Assembly (NCBI GenBank): GCA_021107945.1
Contig: JAIORV010000162.1
Location: 7,999-71,998 of the forward strand
Length of the DNA stretch: 64,000 nucleotides
Reading direction: 5' to 3'
DNA from: Vulcanimicrobiota bacterium
GTDB taxonomy: Bacteria > Vulcanimicrobiota > JAJTBE01
Made by a program: the position numbers and the translations under genes. Under the pieces are notes generated by a model, which saw nothing but the letters and a program-made list of their open reading frames with translations, was not told where the DNA came from and did not search any database. Within the stretch, counting starts at the first letter, position 1, and every line of letters begins with the position of its first letter. This document shows positions 1-10,133 of the stretch, piece after piece.

Positions 1-1027
1 AGAAGTTGGACATGAAGCTTTTGACCGCTGTTCTGACTCCCGTGGGTTGGTCGCTGAGGATTATGAGTTCAACATCCGAGGGGAGATCATTTTTTATCTG
101 ATCCAGTTTCGCCTGAACTTTGTTTCCCCATTCTGTAATATTGCCTCCCCTTTTCATTGATACGCCCAGGACAACGCATTTCATTCCATTAGCCCTGACC
201 AGTTCTGATCTCGGCTCCTCGTAACCATACTCAGTTTTACCTTGCAGATCCTTGAGGCGAATTACCCTGCCTTCCTTGTCCGTATATACAACGGTGTTTC
301 TTACTTGCTCGATAGATTTATACGGGCCTGATACTTCTATAAGAATCTTCTTTCCTGAAAGATGAAGGTAAGGTTGGGCAATCTGGACATTTTGCTGTTT
401 TACGGCATTAATAATATCATTGGGAGTGATTCCCGTTGCAGACAAGGATGTCAGGTCTCCGCTTATATATATTCTTTCGGGTTGTGCTCCGATAATATCC
501 GTATCCCCGACTCCGTCAACGGTTTTTATCCCGTCTTTCATCCGGTCCGCTATAGATTCCAATTCTCTGTATGTTCTGTGGTTCGAAGCTATACCAATAA
601 CGTATGCGGTTGTCTCGCCGAATCGGTCATTTACATCGGGACCAATCACGTCATTGGGAAGAGCGGCCCTTTTATCATTAACATAGTTTCTTATCTGTTG
701 GGTGGCGGTTCTTACATTGGCTATAGGGATCTTTTTTGATATTTCAACTGTAATTACCGAGACGCCGGACATGGATTGTGAGAAAATCTTGTGAATATCG
801 TCCTGTTTCGATATTGCGTTTTCAATCGGTTTTGTAATATAAAGCTCAACGTCCTCGGGAGTAGCCCCGGGCCAGTATGTAGTGATTTGAACCGCGCGAA
901 CCTCAATCTTTGGATCTTCATTCTGGGGCATTGTCAGATAAGAGTATATCCCCATTATGGCAACAAGAAGAACTACAAAGAATGTGAGAGTCCTATTTTT
1001 TATTGCAAGTCTTATAAGTCTGGACAT
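1..1027 (-). CDS. RND efflux transporter permease (AcrB/AcrD/AcrF family), N-terminal part; runs off the window start
   Basis: Manual minus-strand translation from ATG at 1027: MSRLIRLAIKNRTLTFFVVLLVAIMGIYSYLTMPQNEDPKIEVRAVQITTYWPGATPEDVELYITKPIENAI, a typical AcrB-family TM1 plus P-E-D-P / YPGA-P-VE-IT-PIE start. Absent from the ORF track because it is truncated. Confidence 0.9.
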   Translation of the reverse strand, partial: MSRLIRLAIKNRTLTFFVVLLVAIMGIYSYLTMPQNEDPKIEVRAVQITTYWPGATPEDVELYITKPIENAISKQDDIHKIFSQSMSGVSVITVEISKKIPIANVRTATQQIRNYVNDKRAALPNDVIGPDVNDRFGETTAYVIGIASNHRTYRELESIADRMKDGIKTVDGVGDTDIIGAQPERIYISGDLTSLSATGITPNDIINAVKQQNVQIAQPYLHLSGKKILIEVSGPYKSIEQVRNTVVYTDKEGRVIRLKDLQGKTEYGYEEPRSELVRANGMKCVVLGVSMKRGGNITEWGNKVQAKLDQIKNDLPSDVELIILSDQPTGVRTAVKSFMSNF

Positions 1028-1043
1028 TAGCTTTTTCTATTTT

Positions 1044-2195
1044 CTATTGTGAGGCGAAACAGATCTTATTCCTTCCTTTTCGCTTGGCTTCATACATAGA
1101 GGTGTCTGCTTTGTCAACAAGCTCTTTCTTGGTCGCGGCATCATCAGGGAAGCTTGCCACTCCACCGGAAATGGTTATGTGAACAATGTTGCTTCCCAGG
1201 ACATATTCATATTCCTCAACCGCCTGCCTTATTCGTTCGGCAACCAGAACCGCCTGAATTCTGTCGGTTCCGATCATGATGATTGTGAATTCATCTCCTC
1301 CATATCTGCATATCACATCACCGGGTCTCGTATGGAGTCTGATGACGCCGCCCAATTGCTTCAGGAGGGCGTCACCCTGGGGGTGTCCATAATTATCATT
1401 AACTTTCTTGAAGAAATCTACATCCAGAATCATAAGGGATACGGGGTGGGGTGGATCCGCATATTTTGCCTCGTTAATCTTCTTGGAAAGATGCTCCTGG
1501 AAATAACCGTGAGTGAACATCCCCGATAGAGAGTCCGTGATGGCAAGTTGGGCGGTCTCTTTCTGGAGTTGGACATTCCTGATTGCCAGCGCCGCCTGGT
1601 TTGCCAGAAGAAGGAAAAGTCCGAATTGCTCCTGACTGAAAAATCCGGGAGCATTATCGGCCATAACAAGGGTTCCCAGAGATTTATCCTCAAAAATCAG
1701 CGGGGCCAACGCCATTGCTCTTAGACCCTTTGCATGCTGAATAAGTTCGTCTTTTCCCTCGTTGAAAAAGTCATTATATAATTTACCCTTTTTATCCTGG
1801 GACACGTTGCTTATTACAGATTTCGTGACATCCGGGTTGAAATCCTGAAATGCTTCCTCGTGCGGAGTTATATAGGCTTTCTTGCGCATGACAATTTCCT
1901 CGGGCTTTTCATCATCCTTCAGATATATAACTACAGTGCCGCAGTTAAAGAGGTTCTTTACCATCTGTACAACTATTTTAAGTACGCTTTCCAGACTTTC
2001 TGTTGTCCCCAATTCCTGGCTTGCTTGAATAATCGAGATAAGCGCGCCTGTTCTCTTTTCTGCTTTTCCTTTTAACATGAAAAACACAATGAAAAGAATG
2101 AAGAAGATCAGGGCAAGCGCGCCTGCCACAATCATTCCCACTGGAAGCTGAGTTGTCTGTGCCTGTAGGATCGGAAGAATCGTGGGATCAAACAT
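1044..2195 (-). CDS. Membrane-anchored GAF-GGDEF diguanylate cyclase
   Basis: N-terminal TM helix, GAF domain (MALAPL..LGTL..D..F...LANQAALAI), DVDFFKKVNDNYGH, RYGGDEF and intact RPGD I-site. Confidence 0.92.
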   Translation of the reverse strand: MFDPTILPILQAQTTQLPVGMIVAGALALIFFILFIVFFMLKGKAEKRTGALISIIQASQELGTTESLESVLKIVVQMVKNLFNCGTVVIYLKDDEKPEEIVMRKKAYITPHEEAFQDFNPDVTKSVISNVSQDKKGKLYNDFFNEGKDELIQHAKGLRAMALAPLIFEDKSLGTLVMADNAPGFFSQEQFGLFLLLANQAALAIRNVQLQKETAQLAITDSLSGMFTHGYFQEHLSKKINEAKYADPPHPVSLMILDVDFFKKVNDNYGHPQGDALLKQLGGVIRLHTRPGDVICRYGGDEFTIIMIGTDRIQAVLVAERIRQAVEEYEYVLGSNIVHITISGGVASFPDDAATKKELVDKADTSMYEAKRKGRNKICFASQ

Positions 2196-2426
2196 ATTAT
2201 CCTCCTGTCTTTTTCTTCTTGGACAACGATTCCATCATTATTTAAGCTTCATCTGCCAAATGAAAGTTTTTTCATTCTTAAATTACCGGCTTAAATTACC
2301 GGACGTTTAAATCCAATATTTGCTCTCTCTAAAAGTAAAAATTCCTTAATAGTATTTTGTGAAAACAGAGCATATCCTGCCGGATTGACTGAACAAGAGA
2401 AAATATTTTATTATAATAAAATAACC

Positions 2427-5054
2427 CTATTTCAATTTTTTCTTCCATTCGTATATTTTATCCAGCGCCTCGCGTGGTGACATATCGTCCGGATCTATGG
2501 TATTCAACTCACCGGCCAGCGGATCTTGCATCATATCAAAAAATGTCAATTGATACGAAGGCTTTTTCTTTTCCTTGATAAGACCGGACCTGAAAGCGGC
2601 AAGATCCTCCTCGAATTCGTCAAGTATCTCCTTTGCCCTTCTCAGGACATCGCCGGGAAGACCTGCAAGTTTTGCAACATATATGCCGTAACTCTTGTCG
2701 GTGCCACCCGGTACTATGTGATGTAAAAAAATGATCTCCCTGTTCGTTTCTTTCACATCGACCCTGAAATTTGCCATTCCCTCCAAATTTCCGGCAAGCT
2801 CCGTCAATTCATGGAAATGTGTCGCAAAAAGCGTCCTTGCCTTTATATGTTTGTGAATATATTCAGATACCGACCATGCAATGCTCATGCCGTCATAAGT
2901 GCTCGTTCCCCTGCCTATCTCATCCAACAGAATCAAGCTTGTGCAGGATGCATTGTTTATTATGTTTGCAGTCTCGCTCATCTCAACAAGAAAAGTGGAT
3001 TTGCCCAGGTGAAGGTTGTCAGATGCACCCACTCTTGTGAAAACCCTGTCAATAATACCGATTTTTGCACTGTCCGCCGGCACAAAGGAACCCATTTGCG
3101 CCATTATTGCAATTAGTCCAATCTGGCGCAGGTATGTTGACTTTCCCGACATGTTGGGACCGGTAATGATGTGGAACCTTGATTTGCGATAATCCAGACC
3201 GCAGTCATTCGGCACAAAGCTTCCATCGAGCATCTTTTCCACAACGGCATGTCTTCCACCCACGATTTCAAGAATATTCTCCTTTACAACATCAGGCCTG
3301 CAATAATTCCCCTCACGCGCCACCATGGCAAGACTTCCCAGGCAGTCAAGATGTGCCACTATCCTGGATGCGACCTGTATGCGTCCGGCCTGTTGCAATA
3401 TATTATCCCTGATTTTCAGGAAGATATTGTATTCAAGATCGTTTATCTTCTCCTCCGCCCCCAGTACCTTTGATTCATATTCCTTCAACTCCGGGCTTAT
3501 AAAACGCTCTCCATTTGATACTGTCTGTTTCCGGATATAACCGTCAGGCACAAGGTGGAGATTGGGTCTTGTAACTTCGATGAAATAGCCGAATACATTG
3601 TTGAACTTGACTTTTAGAGATTTTATGCCGGTTTTTTCCTTCTCTCTCTTCTCAAGCCCGGCAATCCAACTTTTTGCATTGCTTCGAATTCCCCTCAATT
3701 CGTCCAACTCGGAATTGTACCCGGCTTTAATTATATTTCCCTCTTTTAACGAGGCAGGCGGATCCTCAGATATGGACAACTCCACAAGGTCATGAATATC
3801 ATCAAGTGTGTCCAGGGAATCAATCAACATTTTCATTAGTGAAGATTTTACTTCCCTGCCATAACTTTTCAAAGTGGGAAGGTGGGAGAGAGAATTTCTC
3901 AAGGCGAGAAGATCGCGTGCGTTGGCGCTTGCATAAACTACTCTGGATGTGATTCTCTCCAGGTCATATATGAGTTTGAGGGCGTCAGTGATACCTGTAT
4001 GAAGCGTATAATCGTTGATAAGCTCTTCCACGGCATCAAGCCTGGCGTTGATTTTCGCCCGGTTGAGAAGAGGCCTTTCGAGCCATGAGCGAATCAGTCT
4101 GGCCCCCATAGCTGTTTTTGTATTATCAAGAACCCACAGGAGCGAACCTTTTTTCTTAAGCTCTATCAATGTGCGGGATAACTCCAGGTTTCGCCAGGTT
4201 GTGGAATCAAGAATCATAAATTCCGATACGTCATAGTATTCAATCTTGTGAAGCGAATGATGTTCCGTCTTCTGTGTGTCATTCAGGTAATTGATAAGTG
4301 CGGCGGCCGCCATTCCCGGTTCGGGGTGTTTTTCCCAATTAATTTCAAATTTATCAGTTTTAAAGGCGGATTTAAGAATCTCCCTGAATATCATCCCCTG
4401 TAAAGGCTCTTTGTTTGTATTCCAGGGCGTATTTGACTCGTTTAAATGCATCTTCAACTGATCAAGCCTGTGCAAGTTCTCATCAAGAATAACCTCGGAA
4501 GGCTTGACCCGGATTATTTCGTCAACAAGGCGGGAGTATTCCGATAAGGGGATTTTCGTTACCCTGAATTCCCCGGTTGATACATCCGTAATTGCAAGAC
4601 CGTAGTTGTTATCAGACGATACCAGCGACATCAGGTAATTATTCTCATCGGACTCCAATAGCTTGGGATCTGTCACAGTCCCTGATGTGATAACCCTTGT
4701 GACATCCCTGTGAACCAGTCCTTTTGCCTTTTTTGGATCCTCGAGCTGTTCACATACGGCCACCCTGACCCTATGTTTTATAAGTCCCCTGATGTAACCG
4801 CCGGCGCTGTGATGAGGCACGCCCGCCATCGCTATTCTCTCGCCGCCTCCTGCATCGCGTGAAGTCAGGGATATTTTGAGTAACTTCGCTCCCTTCTCGG
4901 CATCATCGCCATACATCTCGTAAAAATCACCACACCTGAAAAAAAGAATGCAATCAGGATGTTTGTCCTTGATTTTAAAGAACTGACGAAACATGGGAGT
5001 CGGCTTTTGGGGGCGACTTACTGTTTTGGGTTTTTCCTTTTGATTGCTCATCAT
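2427..5054 (-). CDS. mutS: DNA mismatch repair protein MutS
   Basis: TPMFRQF, GDFYE, GPNMSGKST Walker A, STFLVEM, LLDEIGRGTS, FATHFHEL, SYGIYVAKLAGLP. Confidence 0.98.
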   Translation of the reverse strand: MMSNQKEKPKTVSRPQKPTPMFRQFFKIKDKHPDCILFFRCGDFYEMYGDDAEKGAKLLKISLTSRDAGGGERIAMAGVPHHSAGGYIRGLIKHRVRVAVCEQLEDPKKAKGLVHRDVTRVITSGTVTDPKLLESDENNYLMSLVSSDNNYGLAITDVSTGEFRVTKIPLSEYSRLVDEIIRVKPSEVILDENLHRLDQLKMHLNESNTPWNTNKEPLQGMIFREILKSAFKTDKFEINWEKHPEPGMAAAALINYLNDTQKTEHHSLHKIEYYDVSEFMILDSTTWRNLELSRTLIELKKKGSLLWVLDNTKTAMGARLIRSWLERPLLNRAKINARLDAVEELINDYTLHTGITDALKLIYDLERITSRVVYASANARDLLALRNSLSHLPTLKSYGREVKSSLMKMLIDSLDTLDDIHDLVELSISEDPPASLKEGNIIKAGYNSELDELRGIRSNAKSWIAGLEKREKEKTGIKSLKVKFNNVFGYFIEVTRPNLHLVPDGYIRKQTVSNGERFISPELKEYESKVLGAEEKINDLEYNIFLKIRDNILQQAGRIQVASRIVAHLDCLGSLAMVAREGNYCRPDVVKENILEIVGGRHAVVEKMLDGSFVPNDCGLDYRKSRFHIITGPNMSGKSTYLRQIGLIAIMAQMGSFVPADSAKIGIIDRVFTRVGASDNLHLGKSTFLVEMSETANIINNASCTSLILLDEIGRGTSTYDGMSIAWSVSEYIHKHIKARTLFATHFHELTELAGNLEGMANFRVDVKETNREIIFLHHIVPGGTDKSYGIYVAKLAGLPGDVLRRAKEILDEFEEDLAAFRSGLIKEKKKPSYQLTFFDMMQDPLAGELNTIDPDDMSPREALDKIYEWKKKLK

Positions 5055-5133
5055 AATTAAATGTTATATCTATTCAGAACTGCCACTGTAAGAAAGGCTT
5101 CCAACCTCTATTGTCGCGGCTCCTCGATTTTTT

Positions 5134-5568
5134 TTAAATGTCAAGGAGTTCTTTGATCCTCTCCGTCAGATCTTTCGGGTTGAAAGGCTTCGTAATGTAA
5201 TCATCCACACCCATGAGCCTGGCAAATTTTATATCTTCATATTCCACTTTCCCGGTTATAATAATTACCGGGATGTCACTGGTGCTTTCTTTCTCTTTAA
5301 GAGTAAGAAAAAACTCCAGCCCGTTGATTTCGGGCATCAAGATATCTGCAATCACAAGGTCGGGTTTTTCTCTGCTGATCATCTCAAGGGCTTCTTTTCC
5401 GTCTCCGGCGGTCATTACATCGAAATCATCCATTTCAAGGTTTAAACGAATAATCTTTCTGATGTGATATTCATCATCAATAACAAGAATTTTCTTTTTC
5501 AGGACTGCATCATTGCCTGTTTTTCGGGAATTTCCGGTCCCAAGTCCCGGTTTCAAATTGTCTTCCAT
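5134..5568 (-). CDS. Single-domain response regulator (receiver)
   Basis: ILVIDDE, ADILMP, IIITG and YITKPF receiver motifs. Confidence 0.9.
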   Translation of the reverse strand: MEDNLKPGLGTGNSRKTGNDAVLKKKILVIDDEYHIRKIIRLNLEMDDFDVMTAGDGKEALEMISREKPDLVIADILMPEINGLEFFLTLKEKESTSDIPVIIITGKVEYEDIKFARLMGVDDYITKPFNPKDLTERIKELLDI

Positions 5569-5689
5569 TCAAACATTTCTCCTGAATATATTTACCAAAA
5601 AGCATACCGTATTTTTCTTCCTGAATTATTTATTACCTTCAATCAGTTTTACAACAATTTTACAAAACGGTTTTTTATGTATAATTATT

Positions 5690-6775
5690 ATGATGAATAA
5701 AGTTAATGATAATAAATGCGATAAATCATCGGAGAAGACCGGGAAGAAAAAAGAATTAAAACAAAAGGCGATAAAGATATTGCTCATATTATCAATCGCT
5801 TATTTTATTTTTCTTCTTTTTGTTCTTCTTATCGAATATGTGGTCGGCGAAACACATTGGGTGTTTATCTTGATTATATATTCACCCCAGGCTCTTTATG
5901 TTATTTTGCCCCTTATTTTTATATGCGTATCCTGCTTTTTTCGCAGCAAGGTAAATCTTCTTATTAATGTTTTCTCATTCTTGATAGTTATCTTTTTTTT
6001 GATGGGATTGAACATTCATATTAATCCTGATAATTCAAAAGACGGCAAGGTAAATAATCAATTAAAAGTCCTCACATACAACATACATTCCGGTACATAC
6101 GGCGCAAAAAAAGTGGCGGCATTTTTGAAGAAATCGGAAGCGGACCTGATTTTCCTCCAGGAAGCTCATCAGACCGCGAAAAAGACCAGGCCGGATCCGA
6201 TACCGGATATCCTGAATACTTTTCCTGGATGGTACCATATCAGGGGTGGAGAGAGAAAAGAGCTTATGATAATTTCCCGGTATCCCCTTGTGGATTTTGA
6301 GGAGAGAAAACTGGGGACATTCAGGAAATGCCTTATGGGATATATGATATGGAAAAACAAGAAAATCAGGGTCATTAATGTGCATTTTAATATCGCTCAT
6401 CCAGGCAAGAGCCTGATTCGAAGCGGCACGAATTTCAGGGAGTATCTCTATTATTCATCTATTGTCAGAATAAAGCAAGCTGAAGCACTGCGCGAAATAA
6501 TTAAAGATGAAAAAAATCCCATTCTACTCGTGGGTGATTTTAACGCGATTCCCAATACAAAAACACACAGGATTATAAACAGGAAGTTGACCGATTGCTT
6601 CGAAAAAGCCGGGAATGGAATTGGATATACATATAATTCAAGATTACCCATGTGGAGAATTGATTTTATTTTCGTGAGTGATGATTTCAGGGCGTTGAAT
6701 TGTAATAAGCTCCCGGTTCGCATATCGGATCATTTCCCGCTTGAGGCCTTGCTTGAGTTAGCAGGGAAGAAGTAG
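5690..6775 (+). CDS. Membrane-anchored endonuclease/exonuclease/phosphatase (EEP) family protein
   Basis: Three N-terminal TM segments, then LTYNI, LQE, GDFN, RIDFIF and SDH motifs. Start moved from 5513 to ATG 5690 to avoid overlap with the opposite-strand gene. Confidence 0.88.
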   Translation: MMNKVNDNKCDKSSEKTGKKKELKQKAIKILLILSIAYFIFLLFVLLIEYVVGETHWVFILIIYSPQALYVILPLIFICVSCFFRSKVNLLINVFSFLIVIFFLMGLNIHINPDNSKDGKVNNQLKVLTYNIHSGTYGAKKVAAFLKKSEADLIFLQEAHQTAKKTRPDPIPDILNTFPGWYHIRGGERKELMIISRYPLVDFEERKLGTFRKCLMGYMIWKNKKIRVINVHFNIAHPGKSLIRSGTNFREYLYYSSIVRIKQAEALREIIKDEKNPILLVGDFNAIPNTKTHRIINRKLTDCFEKAGNGIGYTYNSRLPMWRIDFIFVSDDFRALNCNKLPVRISDHFPLEALLELAGKK

Positions 6776-6833
6776 GCGCATAAAGAAAATATCTTACCGG
6801 ACAAGACCGGAAGAGGCAGGCAAGGAAATTCAT

Positions 6834-8330
6834 ATGTCCTCTAAAGTAAATAAAACAATAATTATCACAATAATCCTGGCATTAACAGCACTTGCTTTTG
6901 CTGTCTTTTTTATTGTTAAGTCCCGGAAAAATGTGAATGGGGATTTACCTCCTGAAAATAAGGTCTCAATAATTGCCGACCTGGAATCTTCCGACATACA
7001 AAAAAAGTGTGTCGCCACTGTAAATGTCGGCCGGGAGAAGGAGCAAAAAGCTTTGCCCTGTCTTATAAAGAATATAAATGATGAAAACTCAAATGTCGCA
7101 ATACTATCTGTATGGGCAACAGGGAAAATTCGGGACAGGAGAGCCGTCGATCCATTAATAGAACTTCTGGAAAACCAACTGGACGATAATGCGGATATTA
7201 TTCCGTTCATAGCCTGGGCATTGGGCGAGATCGGAGATGTAAGAGCATTTGAATCCCTCATGGATCTCATTGAGGATAGTCCCGACCCCGGCCACAGGGA
7301 GACTGCATTGAAAGCGCTTGTTAATATCGGCGGATCAGATTTAACGGAAGTTTTGATTAAACTTCTCAAGGACAGGGATGAAAATGTCCGGGCGGCCTCT
7401 GCACAGGCGTTTTGCTTGAAACCGGATAAGCTAGCTGTGGATCCGTTAATTAATACTCTGTCAGATACTCACAGAATGGTAAGAATAAATGCTATAATGG
7501 CATTAAGCGGGATTGGATCTACCCGGGCTTTAAAGTACCTCAAGAAAATTGCCAGGAACTCAACGGATTCCGATGAAAGGGAAAAAGCAAGGACAGCCGT
7601 CAGGAATATTGAAATTTATGGGAGAAGATCAATGTATCGTCCCCCGGTGAATGAGTCGGAATATGCTTTCATAGAGTCGCTTGATATAAAAAAACTGGAG
7701 GATTATAATATAGAGGATTGCATGGAATTTGGCGAGATGCCAATGTATGTTGTCCGTGAAAAGGATATAGATAAATTACTGGAACAACTGGAAAGCGAGG
7801 ATTCCGATGTTCAAGGCAGAGCCGCCTGGATGTTGGGAAATGCAAAAAAAAAGGATCGCAGGATTGTGCCTGCCCTGATAAAGTCACTCAAAGACAAAAG
7901 CTCTTTTGTAAGACATAGCGCGGCGACATCGCTGGGAAAATTGAACGATAGAAGCGCTGTCCCACATCTCATCGAGGCTCTCGATGACGATGTTACCTCG
8001 GTGAGGGATGATTCAACCACGGCGCTGGGAAATCTTGGAGGCAAAGAAGTGGTCAAGCCGGTCATAAAGATGCTTGATGATGATTTTGTTTCAATCAGGA
8101 TATCGGCGGTTGTGGCCTTAAAAAGATTGAATACTCCCCGGAGTAATAAGGCAATAATAAGAATGCTTGAGGACCCCGAGCCGTCAGTGAGAAGAACTGC
8201 CGCCAGATCTCTGGGTGAGATTGGAGAGACATCCAATATCGCCGTTCTGGAAAAACTACTGACAGATCACGACAAAAAGGTTCGAATAGTCGCTGAAAAT
8301 GCCATAAAGAAGTTGAAAGAGAAAAAATGA
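6834..8330 (+). CDS. HEAT/PBS-lyase repeat protein with N-terminal membrane anchor
   Basis: Repeated L-L-D---VR--AA-ALG-IG units in two blocks; N-terminal hydrophobic helix. Confidence 0.9.
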   Translation: MSSKVNKTIIITIILALTALAFAVFFIVKSRKNVNGDLPPENKVSIIADLESSDIQKKCVATVNVGREKEQKALPCLIKNINDENSNVAILSVWATGKIRDRRAVDPLIELLENQLDDNADIIPFIAWALGEIGDVRAFESLMDLIEDSPDPGHRETALKALVNIGGSDLTEVLIKLLKDRDENVRAASAQAFCLKPDKLAVDPLINTLSDTHRMVRINAIMALSGIGSTRALKYLKKIARNSTDSDEREKARTAVRNIEIYGRRSMYRPPVNESEYAFIESLDIKKLEDYNIEDCMEFGEMPMYVVREKDIDKLLEQLESEDSDVQGRAAWMLGNAKKKDRRIVPALIKSLKDKSSFVRHSAATSLGKLNDRSAVPHLIEALDDDVTSVRDDSTTALGNLGGKEVVKPVIKMLDDDFVSIRISAVVALKRLNTPRSNKAIIRMLEDPEPSVRRTAARSLGEIGETSNIAVLEKLLTDHDKKVRIVAENAIKKLKEKK

Positions 8331-8362
8331 TCTGATATATTAGATCCGAGGGAGGATAATAT

Positions 8363-9916
8363 ATGAAAAAAAATTACATAATACTTATCTTCTTTATCAT
8401 ATCACTGCTGTTATTTTCAAATTGCACGAATAAACTGAAAAAACCAGATTACTCGTCACAACCGACACTCTCAAAAGATCTGCTGAAGTTATCTCCTGAT
8501 GAAGTAAGAGAACTTGATAAAATAAAGAAAGAAGTAAGAGAACTTATGGAGCGGGATCGATATAAAACCGCTCTTAATATCTTGAATAAAGCTATAAAAA
8601 AGTTCCCCAGGCAACCGGATTTATATCTCATGCGGGCAAAATGTCTCATCGAAACGGTGGAATCAATTGCCGACAATCATAACAAAATAGAGGATAATTA
8701 CAATAAGGCTGTCAAATTGGGCGGCGGTGAAAAAGCCTACATTGCCAGGGCGGATTTCTTCTATATGTCCAGGCAATATAACAGAGCTATAATCGACTGC
8801 AAGAAAGCCATGAAGATGAACCCGAAAAATCCTGAGCCTTACATTATTCTTGCAACGATATATAAGGATGAAGATAACTCTGCAAGAGTTTTAGAAAACC
8901 TTACAAAAGCAATTAAGATAGCACCCGACGAAGCGTTGGGATATAGCCTGAGAGGCGCATGGTATTATAAACTACCGGGACATTTCAAGGAGTCGAGAAA
9001 AGACCTGGAGAAGGCGTTATCAAAGGATGACACCGATTTTTTTGCGCTATATTACCTGGGCAGTCTTTACAACAAGCAAATAGATTATAAAAATGCTCTG
9101 AAGATTTACAAGAAGGCATTGAAGCTTTCCGGGAATAATCAATGGAAAAAATTGAATAAGAAACATGACCTTTACTCCTTGAGAGGGTGGGGCATTCCTG
9201 CGGATATAAATATTGTTATGGCTGATGTATATGACCAGATGAATGATGTAAAAAGCGCATTGGAAGTAATTGAGAAGATGAAAGGCGTAAAAGGGATGAC
9301 CGGCCTTCTGATGCACCCCGAGAAAGGCTACCTCCTGCAAAAACTGGGACGAAACAAGGACGCCCTGAAGGAATACAAGCAATTCTTCGCCAAAAAGCCC
9401 GGCAAGAGCATGAGAATGGATAACGCAGGAAAGCGATTCTATTACGAGATGGAAGGTCGCTCTTATGAGGCACTGGGGCAGTATAAGGATGCACTCGATT
9501 CATATATTCGTTTGCAGGAAATTCACCCCGATGAAGATTTTAATTCGATGTACTTGCAGGGGAAAGTGTTGTACAAGATGAGTAAAGAAGAGCAAGCGCG
9601 GGCGTTTTACAGGAAAATTGATAATATTGGGGAGAACAGGTTTGGAGCAGCCTATAAAAAGGATCCTTTTATACGATCATTAAGGGGAGTCATTGGCACT
9701 GTGCTGGGAAAATATGATAAGGCACTTCCCCTTTTGAATGAAACCCTTAAAAGCCAGCCCCATAATGCGGAATTGCTTTATTTCCGGGCGGTATGCAACT
9801 TTAACCTGGGCAATAAAGAGCAAGCGAAAAAAGACCTTGATAAAGTGATACAAAAGGAGACGGAAAAGCCTTCCTTGAAAAAAGCAAAAGCCCTGAGGGA
9901 AAAGATCGAAAAATAG
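8363..9916 (+). CDS. TPR-repeat lipoprotein
   Basis: Signal peptide ending LFSNC, followed by many TPR units (A---Y-KA-K--P). GGAGG RBS upstream. Confidence 0.85.
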   Translation: MKKNYIILIFFIISLLLFSNCTNKLKKPDYSSQPTLSKDLLKLSPDEVRELDKIKKEVRELMERDRYKTALNILNKAIKKFPRQPDLYLMRAKCLIETVESIADNHNKIEDNYNKAVKLGGGEKAYIARADFFYMSRQYNRAIIDCKKAMKMNPKNPEPYIILATIYKDEDNSARVLENLTKAIKIAPDEALGYSLRGAWYYKLPGHFKESRKDLEKALSKDDTDFFALYYLGSLYNKQIDYKNALKIYKKALKLSGNNQWKKLNKKHDLYSLRGWGIPADINIVMADVYDQMNDVKSALEVIEKMKGVKGMTGLLMHPEKGYLLQKLGRNKDALKEYKQFFAKKPGKSMRMDNAGKRFYYEMEGRSYEALGQYKDALDSYIRLQEIHPDEDFNSMYLQGKVLYKMSKEEQARAFYRKIDNIGENRFGAAYKKDPFIRSLRGVIGTVLGKYDKALPLLNETLKSQPHNAELLYFRAVCNFNLGNKEQAKKDLDKVIQKETEKPSLKKAKALREKIEK

Positions 9917-10014
9917 CTGCTATTTCCAATTTTAACAAACAATGAAAAAACCACTTGTTCGATAGTTTGTTTAATATGGGAATAAGAAAAACAGGAATCA
10001 TTACATGATATTAC

Positions 10015-10036
10015 TCCCCCGGATTTATCCGGGGGA
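10015..10036. repeat. Palindrome tcccccggatttatccggggga, resembling an IS200/IS605-type subterminal hairpin
   Basis: Inverted repeat seen directly; a second hairpin agacgcttcagcgtct lies at 10078-10093. The IS assignment is from resemblance only. Confidence 0.5.
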
Positions 10037-10133
10037 TATAAGGAATCCCACTCCCCGTGTATCTCACAAAAACTTTTAGACGCTTCAGCGTCTTCCCGAT
10101 AAGGAATTCCTAACTATAGAGAAAAGAGAAAAT

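Noticed and set aside
6830-8236. Long antisense ORFs over the HEAT-repeat gene
   Set aside because: Shadow ORFs of the repeat-coding strand.
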